Of a stretch of DNA of 64,000 nt, positions 15,188 to 23,470 are shown in pieces; position 1 is the stretch's first letter; the number at the start of each line of letters is the position of its first letter. Under the pieces are notes generated by a model, which was given only the letters and a program-made list of their open reading frames with translations, was not told the DNA's origin and made no database searches. The position numbers and the translations under genes are program-made. This stretch comes from Spirochaetia bacterium (GTDB taxonomy: Bacteria > Spirochaetota > Spirochaetia > DSM-2461), in assembly GCA_963666985.2 (NCBI GenBank), contig CAXXIA010000002.1:960001-1024000 (forward strand). The letters are read 5' to 3'.

Positions 15188-16321
15188 ATGGATATAACGA
15201 ATTATATCGCACCCATACCATCCATCCTAAGGCGGCAATCAGGCAAGAGTAAGGCCATTGCGGCATTCTTTATTTATTTTCGGTTATCCCTTTCCGTCTT
15301 TCCCGTTTCGGCGGCCGCGACAGTACTGTTTTTCTCGGCAGGATGCGCCCCCGGATCAGGCTCCGGTTCCGGCGGACCGCCTTTCACTGCGGACCTTCTT
15401 CCGCCGATACTCCTCTCCGCCGAGGTAACGGATGAACGAAGTCTTCACTTTGGATTCGATGAAGAAATAACGATCCATGGCGCATCATCCGTTATCAGCG
15501 ACAGTCTGCCCGTGGAATCGGCCCTTGCCGAGGAAAATCATCTGGAAATCCGATTCGCCGAGGACCAGGGAATCGGCCGCTCGTATATTCTTCGGGCTGA
15601 AGTGGAGGATGCAAAAGGGAACAGTCTCTCGTTCCTTTATGAGTTCAGCGGATGGAATCCGCGGGTGCCGGATCTGCTGATTAACGAACTGAATCCAAGA
15701 GGATCGGCAAGCACGCCGGACTGCATCGAACTCTACGCATTAAGCGATGGGAACCTCGGGGGACTTGTTGTTCTGATAGGAACTCCGGGAAATCATTCCG
15801 GTTCGATAACCCTTCCGGCCGTTGAGATTGCCGAAGGGGATTTTATCTTGGTTCATCCGAAATCCGAGGGTCTCCCGGAAGAAGTGGACGAAACAGACCT
15901 ACCGGATGCTTCCGGCGGGAAACTCGCCTCCGATACGGCTTGGGATTTCTGGATGCCCGGATCTCCGGGATTGCCGGGCAACAATGGAGCGGTCACCCTT
16001 CTTGCACGAAATGGCGGCAGAATCATCGACGCGGTGCTTTGGTCCGACAGGGAAGACGATCCGGACGCGGAAAATCTCGGATGGACTTCCGCGGGTTTTG
16101 ATTTCGCATCGGATCTCGGATCTTCAGGCTGCTGGAAAGCCGAGAGCGGCGGAACACCCAAGCCGTCGGATGCGGTCAGCGTGTCGTCTTCCACGGCTAC
16201 GCGGTCCTTGTGCCGCGCCTCAAATCCGGAAGACACCGATTCACGGAACGACTGGCACACCGTGCCCACAAGCCGGCGGACATTCGGGGCTCCGAACGAC
16301 GATGCGGTTTATACTCCCTAG
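15188..16321 (+). CDS. Putative lipoprotein with lamin-tail-domain-like region
   Basis: Hydrophobic stretch ending FSAGC; LLINELNPRG...DCIELY resembles the LTD motif; start uncertain. Confidence 0.6.
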   Translation: MDITNYIAPIPSILRRQSGKSKAIAAFFIYFRLSLSVFPVSAAATVLFFSAGCAPGSGSGSGGPPFTADLLPPILLSAEVTDERSLHFGFDEEITIHGASSVISDSLPVESALAEENHLEIRFAEDQGIGRSYILRAEVEDAKGNSLSFLYEFSGWNPRVPDLLINELNPRGSASTPDCIELYALSDGNLGGLVVLIGTPGNHSGSITLPAVEIAEGDFILVHPKSEGLPEEVDETDLPDASGGKLASDTAWDFWMPGSPGLPGNNGAVTLLARNGGRIIDAVLWSDREDDPDAENLGWTSAGFDFASDLGSSGCWKAESGGTPKPSDAVSVSSSTATRSLCRASNPEDTDSRNDWHTVPTSRRTFGAPNDDAVYTP

Positions 16322-16635
16322 ATTTTTGCCAACATCTCCTCGATGTTCCGCTTGGGTATAACACCGATGTTCTTCGAAGCCACTTCTCCATTCTTAAAGA
16401 CCATCAAGGTGGGTATACTCTGAATGGTGTACTTCTGTGCCGTTTCGGGGCACTCATCGACATTCAGCTTCGCCACTTTGACTTTGTCCGCGTATTCCTG
16501 TGCAATCTGATCAACAACGGGTGAAAGCATCCTGCACGGCACACACCACTCAGCCCAGAAATCGACTAAAACGGGAAGATCGGATTGGAGTACTTCGCTC
16601 TCAAAATTTTCATCGGTTAGAACTATCTCAGACAT
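16318..16635 (-). CDS. trxA: Thioredoxin
   Basis: VDFWAEWCVPC, IQSIPTL, 105 aa. Confidence 0.97.
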   Translation of the reverse strand: MSEIVLTDENFESEVLQSDLPVLVDFWAEWCVPCRMLSPVVDQIAQEYADKVKVAKLNVDECPETAQKYTIQSIPTLMVFKNGEVASKNIGVIPKRNIEEMLAKI

Positions 16636-16682
16636 TGCTTTTTCAATTCCTTATCTAATGCATAAATTTTCTTCAATAAACC

Positions 16683-17480
16683 TTATCCGCGCCGTTTAAG
16701 ATCCTTGAGTCTAAAATCATTGATTATATCTCCGATGTAAACAATAGCCTTTTCAACATCTTCATTGAGGGGCGACTGCTGCGCGGCCTTCTCACAGACA
16801 TCTAGAAGTTCGTGCAGGAAGAAGGCGGCAATCTTAACCGATTCCTGGGCTTCCCGAATCTTTTCCTTCTTGGTAGCCGATGGAGCCGCAAGAGCCCGCC
16901 TGTAGCGCTCCAGCTCATCGGGGAGCCTTCCTTCACGCGAGGGAACGAATCTCCAGAAACGCTGCTCAATACTCATGCGGTCTATCTGTCCCGCTTGCGG
17001 AAAAGCCCGTCTGAGATATGTTTCCAACGCATTCCAATGATTGCTGTCCAGAAGAGTCATGGCTCCGTAAAGCTTGGCCACTTCAATGTCGGCATCCGGA
17101 TGGATATTGACCGCCGGATACCGATCTATCCGCTGGCGATATTCGTCCAGAACCTTATCGGCGAAACTCTCGCCGGCCAGACGTCTTCGCCTGGCCTCAT
17201 TACGAAGCGACTGGGCATATTGTTTTGCCTGTGTTTGAGCTTCCAGCTCCTGATAAGCGGCCATCTCTTCTTCCAAAAACCGCTTTGGATCCCGGCCGGT
17301 GTTCCGGGCATGAAACAACCTGTCGTCAAACGCCTCAATCAACGCAGGATTTAAAGCGTTATCGAAAATAAGGCACTCGTACTTCGCCTTCAAGTCGTCG
17401 ATAATCTCTGTTACTTCAGGCTTACTGAAACTTCGTCCTTTGCCAAGCACAACACTATTATGGGCGTCAAAGGATGCCAT
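16683..17480 (-). CDS. Hypothetical helical protein
   Basis: Long ORF with natural composition; start trimmed because the longer start lies inside the dispersed repeat. Confidence 0.65.
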   Translation of the reverse strand: MASFDAHNSVVLGKGRSFSKPEVTEIIDDLKAKYECLIFDNALNPALIEAFDDRLFHARNTGRDPKRFLEEEMAAYQELEAQTQAKQYAQSLRNEARRRRLAGESFADKVLDEYRQRIDRYPAVNIHPDADIEVAKLYGAMTLLDSNHWNALETYLRRAFPQAGQIDRMSIEQRFWRFVPSREGRLPDELERYRRALAAPSATKKEKIREAQESVKIAAFFLHELLDVCEKAAQQSPLNEDVEKAIVYIGDIINDFRLKDLKRRG

Positions 17481-17548
17481 GGCAAGAACGGCGGACCTGA
17501 CAAAATGATTTCTTCGAATGCGTCCGAAGAAACATTCCGAGAATTCGA

Positions 17549-17655
17549 TTGAGGTGATTTCAAAAATCAGCGATTTTTGAAACAAAGTCCTTCTAAAGCG
17601 AGTTCTGAGGGGTTTCGGCTATCGGATTTAAGGAATTTCATGAATAATGAAATTG
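17549..17655 (-). repeat. 107-bp dispersed repeat, copy 1 (MITE/REP-like)
   Basis: Reverse complement aligns without gaps to 62969-63075 (12 mismatches by hand count); contains hairpin TTTCAAAAATC-GCT-GATTTTTGAAA. Confidence 0.9.
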
Positions 17656-17705
17656 CCTTGATCGATTATTCTTTTTTATGAATTTCAAGAGAACGAATTC
17701 AAAAA

Positions 17706-17735
17706 CTCCCGGATCCCCAAAAGGGTATCCGAGAG
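17706..17735 (-). terminator. Probable intrinsic terminator of ssb
   Basis: Minus strand CTCTCGGATACCC-TTTT-GGGGATCCGGGAG followed by TTTTT. Confidence 0.55.
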
Positions 17736-17774
17736 ATGGTAACGAGTCCGATGAGAAGTTCGGGAACCGCCGAT

Positions 17775-18173
17775 TCAATATGCCGGCATAGCCTCCGGCT
17801 TTTCAATTTCAGCCCCGGAGTCCGCTTTTTCTTCACCGTCGGCCTTGGGCTTAGTGCGGAACTCAACATGCTCACCGACAATACGGATGCGGGATCGCGG
17901 GGAACCTTCACTGTTGGTCCATCGGTCCTGCTTCAATCGTCCCACAACGCGCACTCCGCGGCCCTTGCTGAGATATTCCCCGCAGGTTTCGGCAAGCCTG
18001 GACCACACTTCAACATCGAAGTAGCCGACTTCTTCTTGGCGTTCCCCCTCAATCTTGTAGAACCGATTTGAGGCCACCGTAAAATGGCACACCGGAATCC
18101 CTTTAGTTGTTTTGTCGAATTCAGGATTTTTGGTGAGATTACCCTCTAAAATAACGGAATTGAGATTGTTCAT
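17775..18173 (-). CDS. ssb: Single-stranded DNA-binding protein (short form)
   Basis: NSVILEGNLTKNPE, FTVASNR, KGRGVRVVGRLKQDRW OB-fold motifs. Confidence 0.95.
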   Translation of the reverse strand: MNNLNSVILEGNLTKNPEFDKTTKGIPVCHFTVASNRFYKIEGERQEEVGYFDVEVWSRLAETCGEYLSKGRGVRVVGRLKQDRWTNSEGSPRSRIRIVGEHVEFRTKPKADGEEKADSGAEIEKPEAMPAY

Positions 18174-18287
18174 CGCGCTTTCTCCTTATGGGAACAGGTC
18201 GTTTACCCCAGATAACGAGAATCGGAAAGCACTTCCTTGAAGTTTTTTTAAAAAACTGAATTTTAACAATTAATTTTCCGGAATTTC

Positions 18288-18329
18288 CTGACAGTTACTC
18301 CATCTGTGGTATAGTCCATTTGTAGACTA
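18288..18329 (+). promoter_or_regulatory. Promoter with overlapping PadR-type palindrome
   Basis: CTGACA-N16-TATAGT with TGn extension; TAGTC-N8-GACTA at 18312-18329. Confidence 0.5.
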
Positions 18330-18355
18330 ATAAACAAGAGGACAAAAAAATCGAC

Positions 18356-18772
18356 ATGAAAAAAATAATGTTCCTATTGATGACACTGCTTCCCCTTTGC
18401 CTCTACGCCGAAGGAAATCTCCGTGTTGTGGTTTCGGGAATTGATCCGGAAAAAGGCGAGATCCTGGCCATTTCCCTTTACGACAGCGAAAAAGGGTATA
18501 AATCCGAGGAAAGCATCATTCGGGAAAAGACCCGTCTTAATCCGGACCAGCGGACATATACCTTTACCCTGACGGACGTTCCCGAAGGATCTCTGATGAT
18601 TCTCGGTCTTCAGGATGCCAATGGTAATCTCGAAATGGATTCCGGTCTTTTCGGAATTCCAAAGGAAGGATTCTTCTGTTCACAGAACGCATCGGTTCCC
18701 AAATGGGATCGCTGTGTTTTTCCCTACGAAGGAGATGATGCCGTTGTCCGACTTGAAATGATTTACTGGTAA
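18356..18772 (+). CDS. Secreted DUF2141-family protein
   Basis: Signal peptide; QDANGNLEMDSGLFGIPKEGF motif. Confidence 0.8.
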   Translation: MKKIMFLLMTLLPLCLYAEGNLRVVVSGIDPEKGEILAISLYDSEKGYKSEESIIREKTRLNPDQRTYTFTLTDVPEGSLMILGLQDANGNLEMDSGLFGIPKEGFFCSQNASVPKWDRCVFPYEGDDAVVRLEMIYW

Positions 18773-18778
18773 TTCTTT

Positions 18779-19369
18779 ATGTCATTACGATATGGATTGT
18801 TAGGACTTCTGAATTATACGGAAACCACGGGATACGAACTGAAAAAAGCTTTCGACGAATCGCTCAATTTCTTCTGGCAGGCTCAAAAAAGCCAAATCTA
18901 CAGAGAGTTGGCCGCCATGGAAAAGCAGGGGCTTCTCACGGTCTCTTTGGTGATTCAGGAAGATAAACCGAACAAAAAGATTTACAGCATCACCGATGCA
19001 GGAAGAAAAGAATTCCTTCAATGGCTCGAAAAAGATTTGGACGAGCATGACTTTACCGTGAGAGACGGTTTTGTGATGAAAGTGTTTTTCTGGGGAGAGC
19101 TATCTCCCCTCCATGCCGTCGAAAAACTCAAAACCTTTATCGAAACCCATCGTCGAAAACTGGAAAGCTATCGGGCCATTTCCGGATCGATTGAACGCTA
19201 CACCGAATTGGTCGAACGCGAAAAAACCCTGTATTGGTATATCTCGGCCCGCCGCGGCTTTGCCTACAGCGAATCCTGCATTACGTGGGCCGAAGAAGCC
19301 GTCGCACTACTGGAAAACACATTTGCTCTTCAAAAAGGAGAAAAAGATGAAGAACGTCCTCGTTCTTAA
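18779..19369 (+). CDS. PadR-family transcriptional regulator (AphA-like C-terminus)
   Basis: TGYELKKAF, SQIYREL, PNKKIYSITDAG. Confidence 0.93.
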   Translation: MSLRYGLLGLLNYTETTGYELKKAFDESLNFFWQAQKSQIYRELAAMEKQGLLTVSLVIQEDKPNKKIYSITDAGRKEFLQWLEKDLDEHDFTVRDGFVMKVFFWGELSPLHAVEKLKTFIETHRRKLESYRAISGSIERYTELVEREKTLYWYISARRGFAYSESCITWAEEAVALLENTFALQKGEKDEERPRS

Positions 19370-20984
19370 CGGATCCCCCAGAGGGGAAAAAAGCAACACG
19401 ATGAACATTACAAGAGCCTTTTGCGAAGGCTTGAATGAGCAGAATCTCTATCGCATCGATACCGTTACAGTCAGCAGAATGGACATTCGGCACTGCACCG
19501 GCTGCTTCGGATGCTGGACCAAAACACCCGGACGCTGTGTTCTGAACGACGATATGACGTCATTGCTGGAGAAATACATCCTCGCCGATTTGGTCATCTG
19601 GTCGTTTCCTCTTTATTACTTCGGGATGCCGTCCAAAATCAAAGCCGTTATGGATCGTCTTCTTCCACTCCTTAAACCGGAGATTCTTCCTTACGGGAAG
19701 GAGTCGGCGACGCATCCGATGCGCTACGATCTTTCTCACCAGAAGACGGGACTCATTTCCACATGCGGTTTTTTCTCACGAAAACAAAATTACGACAGTC
19801 TAAAACTCCAGTTCGATATTTTTGAGGAGAGAAAGTATGAAGAGAAAGCCCCCCTGCGTATCTTATGTCCCGAAGGTGAACTCTTTTCCATTCCTCAAAT
19901 GGCCGGCCGAACAGGCGCCTATCTGGAACATGTAAAAACGGCGGGCCGGGAATATGCCGAAAACGAAGAGATTTCCGAAGAAACATACGAGGTCCTGGAA
20001 GAACTCCTGGTTCCGCCGAATGCTTTCATCGAAATGGCCAACGTCAATTGGGATATCCATGAAGAAACCTCCGAATCCCCGAAAAACAACGACCGCGCCG
20101 AACGGTTCCTGCGGCAGATGGCCGCGGCATACAGGCCCGAAGTCTATGAAAAAGATCTGATAATCGAGATGGTTTTCACCGATTTGGATAAACGATATCA
20201 GCTTCTGATTCAGAAAGACGGCTGCAAGCTGATGGAAGCCGCCGAAGGCGCCGCTTTCGATACACGAATCGAAACTCCTTTTGCCGTTTGGCTGGACATC
20301 TCCGAAGGAAAGAGAAACGGAGCACAGGCCATGATGGACGGCCTCTATCGCGTTACCGGAGACTTTGATGTCATGACTCGGATGGATGCGTTCTTCGGCA
20401 CCGAGAAGGTTCCCGTTAAAACCTCCGACGGTAAAAAGAAGCGGCGAACGAACATGAATCTGCTTCTTTTTCCATGGATCGCGTTATGGATTTTTCTTCC
20501 CATAACGCCTCTTGCCCGGTGGGGAGGCGCCGCGGCCGTCGCCTTATCCGCGCTTGTTACGGCTCTCGGAGCCTTTTTCGCCTTGACTCCATACGACCGT
20601 GCCACGGTGCTGCTGACCACGGGACTCGGACTTGCGGCTCTTTTCGGAGGAAACCCGGCATATCTGGTCTGTCTCTCTTATTTGGGATTCGGTCTTCTCT
20701 GGATGGGATCCAACTTAACGAAGATTCCTCTAACGGCTCATTACTCTTCGGCGAAATACGGAGAAGAAGCCGCATTGAATAACCCGCTCTTTATGAAAAC
20801 CAACAAAATCATCACGGCCTGCTGGGGTGTCTCCTATGCCGCGCTTTCAATAATCAGCTGGTTTCTCATGCACGGTCCGCTGAGATTCTATACCGGAATA
20901 ATCAGCCAAATCGTCCCCATACTGCTGGGAGTGTTTACATGGTGGTTCCAGAGATGGTACCCGGCGAAAGTCGCGAGAGGCTGA
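19347..20984 (+). CDS. Iron-sulfur flavodoxin / NADPH-dependent FMN reductase fused to SCP2 and a C-terminal membrane domain
   Basis: GSPRG..SNT, CTGCFGCW..TPGRC, FPLYYFG; SCP2-like AMMDGLYRVTGDF; about 6 TM at C-terminus; AGGAG RBS before ATG 19347. Confidence 0.85.
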   Translation: MKNVLVLNGSPRGEKSNTMNITRAFCEGLNEQNLYRIDTVTVSRMDIRHCTGCFGCWTKTPGRCVLNDDMTSLLEKYILADLVIWSFPLYYFGMPSKIKAVMDRLLPLLKPEILPYGKESATHPMRYDLSHQKTGLISTCGFFSRKQNYDSLKLQFDIFEERKYEEKAPLRILCPEGELFSIPQMAGRTGAYLEHVKTAGREYAENEEISEETYEVLEELLVPPNAFIEMANVNWDIHEETSESPKNNDRAERFLRQMAAAYRPEVYEKDLIIEMVFTDLDKRYQLLIQKDGCKLMEAAEGAAFDTRIETPFAVWLDISEGKRNGAQAMMDGLYRVTGDFDVMTRMDAFFGTEKVPVKTSDGKKKRRTNMNLLLFPWIALWIFLPITPLARWGGAAAVALSALVTALGAFFALTPYDRATVLLTTGLGLAALFGGNPAYLVCLSYLGFGLLWMGSNLTKIPLTAHYSSAKYGEEAALNNPLFMKTNKIITACWGVSYAALSIISWFLMHGPLRFYTGIISQIVPILLGVFTWWFQRWYPAKVARG

Positions 20985-21081
20985 TGCAAACGAAAGGGCT
21001 GTGTGTCTTTTTCGACATTCGGCCCTTTATTGCGGCGGCCTTTGCTCTCGGCTTCGGCCGCCGGTGCCGACGGAGGGGATC

Positions 21082-22149
21082 TTAAGGATTCGCCAGATCC
21101 TCTTCCGCGGCGGATTTCACAAGTTGGCTCAGACCCTTCCTGCAGACCAGAACACGGTCGTTGGCAACAACGACAATCAGATCATCCACACCGCACAAAG
21201 CCACGGGACGGTCCGAATAGACAAAGTTCCCGGCGGATTCATAACTGTAAACCGGTGCCTTCGCGGGCGTTCCGAGTTCAGCGATAACATCCCAGCTGCC
21301 GACATCGTTCCAGGTAAAATCGGCTTCCACCATGCGAATTGTATCCGTTCGTTCCATAACGGCGTAATCAATGGAAATCGCGGGACACTTTTCGTAGCGG
21401 CGGCAAAGCTCCGCCGAAGGTGAATAGACAGTAATTCCGGATTCCGTCCGCCGAATAAACCACTCCTCACCGCCTTCCGAGAAGGCATCGGCAACCTCCG
21501 GAGCATGGACGGCGAGTTCCCGGAACAAGACGTTTGATCTGTAGGTAAAAAGACCGGCATTCCAAAAATATCGGCCCGACTCCACATACCGTGCGGCGGT
21601 TTCGGCATCCGGCTTTTCCCGGAACGAGAGAACCTCCCGCCCGCCGCCCGCGGGATCTCCGGCTTCGATATATCCGTAACCCGTCGCCGGTTCTTTCGGC
21701 ACAATGCCGTAAGGAACAATGTAGCCTTCCGAGGCTTCCCGCGATGCCTTCTCCACGCAAGCGCCAAACGTTTCGAGAGGAGAGATGAGATGATCGGCCG
21801 CCATGACAAGACACACCTCGCCGTCCAGACCGTCCAGGGCCGTTCTCACGGCCGCCAGAGCCAAAGCCGGAGCGGTATTCCTGGCAACGGGTTCGGCAAG
21901 GATAACGATACGGGCACGAAGAGTGTCGTCCAATGAACGACATTCTTCCAACGCCGCATCAACATGATCGACGTGTGTCACGATATAAACCTTACCGAGA
22001 ATCCCCAAATGGAACGCCCGGTCAATGGTTGTTCGCAGAAGGCTTTCATGGCCTTCAACGTTCATAAACTGCTTGGGACGACGGCCGAAGGACGCCGGCC
22101 AGAGTCGTTTCCCGGCGCCGCCGGCCATAATAATAGCATTATCTACCAT
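21082..22149 (-). CDS. manC: Mannose-1-phosphate guanylyltransferase
   Basis: MAGGAGKRLWP, PKQF, EPVARNTAPA, TGYGYI, FREKP, SIDYAVME, WNDVGSW. Confidence 0.93.
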   Translation of the reverse strand: MVDNAIIMAGGAGKRLWPASFGRRPKQFMNVEGHESLLRTTIDRAFHLGILGKVYIVTHVDHVDAALEECRSLDDTLRARIVILAEPVARNTAPALALAAVRTALDGLDGEVCLVMAADHLISPLETFGACVEKASREASEGYIVPYGIVPKEPATGYGYIEAGDPAGGGREVLSFREKPDAETAARYVESGRYFWNAGLFTYRSNVLFRELAVHAPEVADAFSEGGEEWFIRRTESGITVYSPSAELCRRYEKCPAISIDYAVMERTDTIRMVEADFTWNDVGSWDVIAELGTPAKAPVYSYESAGNFVYSDRPVALCGVDDLIVVVANDRVLVCRKGLSQLVKSAAEEDLANP

Positions 22150-22265
22150 GGAAATACCGCTCCTCTCGGGTCTCGACGATTTAGGAACATCGCCCTATGA
22201 TGAAGTCTACGCCGATTCACCCTTCGGGGGAAACCGGGACACTTTAAGTCAACGAGGTTTTCATT

Positions 22266-23348
22266 ATGGCCTTTTCACTCTCAATTTACCCCTGGATTCA
22301 TATAGCAAGCCGCGATGAGGGGGGCTGGAAAGAAGAATACATCGAGCAGGATCACCGGACTCCCGAACAAGAAGCCGCCCTGGATGAAGCGGCACGGTCC
22401 GCCCTAACCAATAGCCGCAACAGCATACCCGGCCTTCCTCTGGTTAATTACACGACACAATACGGACTGGCCTGTTTCGAAGGACTGAAAGCATTCCCTC
22501 AGGTCGACGGGTCGCTGAAGCTGTTCCGCCCCGAGAAGAACTGCGCTCGAATGGCTTCTTCGATGAAAGGCCTTCGCATGCCTCCCGTTGATAAGGATCT
22601 CCTCCTTGCCGGTATTCTTGAGATTACCCGGAAAAACGCCGAGGCGGGTTTCATTCCGAAATACAATCCGATTTGGGAAAAAGACATCTGGCAGAGCGGG
22701 GGGGCCGTTTATATCAGACCTTTCACCTATTCCGAACCGGGAATCGGCATTAATCTTTCGGTTTTTCCGAAAGTCATCACCGTCTGTACAACGGTCTCCG
22801 CGTACTTTACTCCCGGAAAGAATGAAGCGGTTACCTCGAAACGAATCCGCGCCACTCCCAACGGTACGGGATGGATAAAAACCGCGGCGAATTATGTCAT
22901 TTCAACTTTGGCGAAAACGGAAGCCGTCGACGAAGGATACATGGAAGCCATCTTCCTCGACGCGGTTACCCGAAAGAACATTGAGGAAGGTTCCTCCTGC
23001 AATTTCTTCGCGCTCTTCCCGAACGGCAGGCTGGTAACGCCGGCTCTGGGCGATACCATCCTTCCCGGAATTACCCGGGAATCCATTATCGTTCTGGCGA
23101 AAGAGAAGGGGCTGGATGTTCGGGAAGAGGCGCTTCCCGTTGAGGAGGTGCTGAATAATGCCGTCGAATGCTTCGTCACCGGAACCGCGGCGGGTATTAC
23201 GCCCTTGGGATCGCTGACTCATGACGGACGGAAAAAAGAATTCTCCAGCCTGAAGCCGGATTCCGTTTCGCATGCACTGCTTAAGCGGCTGAAAGGGATT
23301 CAGTACGGCGCCGATAGCGACGATTACGGCTGGATGATGTCCGTCTGA
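22266..23348 (+). CDS. ilvE: Branched-chain amino acid aminotransferase
   Basis: YGLACFEGLKAF, YIRP, KTAANY, ILPGITR, GTAAGITP. Confidence 0.93.
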   Translation: MAFSLSIYPWIHIASRDEGGWKEEYIEQDHRTPEQEAALDEAARSALTNSRNSIPGLPLVNYTTQYGLACFEGLKAFPQVDGSLKLFRPEKNCARMASSMKGLRMPPVDKDLLLAGILEITRKNAEAGFIPKYNPIWEKDIWQSGGAVYIRPFTYSEPGIGINLSVFPKVITVCTTVSAYFTPGKNEAVTSKRIRATPNGTGWIKTAANYVISTLAKTEAVDEGYMEAIFLDAVTRKNIEEGSSCNFFALFPNGRLVTPALGDTILPGITRESIIVLAKEKGLDVREEALPVEEVLNNAVECFVTGTAAGITPLGSLTHDGRKKEFSSLKPDSVSHALLKRLKGIQYGADSDDYGWMMSV

Positions 23349-23470
23349 TCGGCATGAACCGGCATCGGCAGGATGCATCAATCAGAAGATAAGCCCTCAG
23401 CGCTTCCGATCGATCGGCAGCCGGCGAATCGGCAAAAACATTGGTTCCCGGCTCCCGGCTCCTTCCTCCG

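Noticed and set aside
15138..15266. glmS ribozyme or N-terminal extension of GlmS
   Set aside because: No ribozyme core seen and the leader is short; GlmS needs the N-terminal Cys after Met at 15137
16530..16550. Thioredoxin WCVPC instead of WCGPC
   Set aside because: Both Cys are retained; minor natural variant
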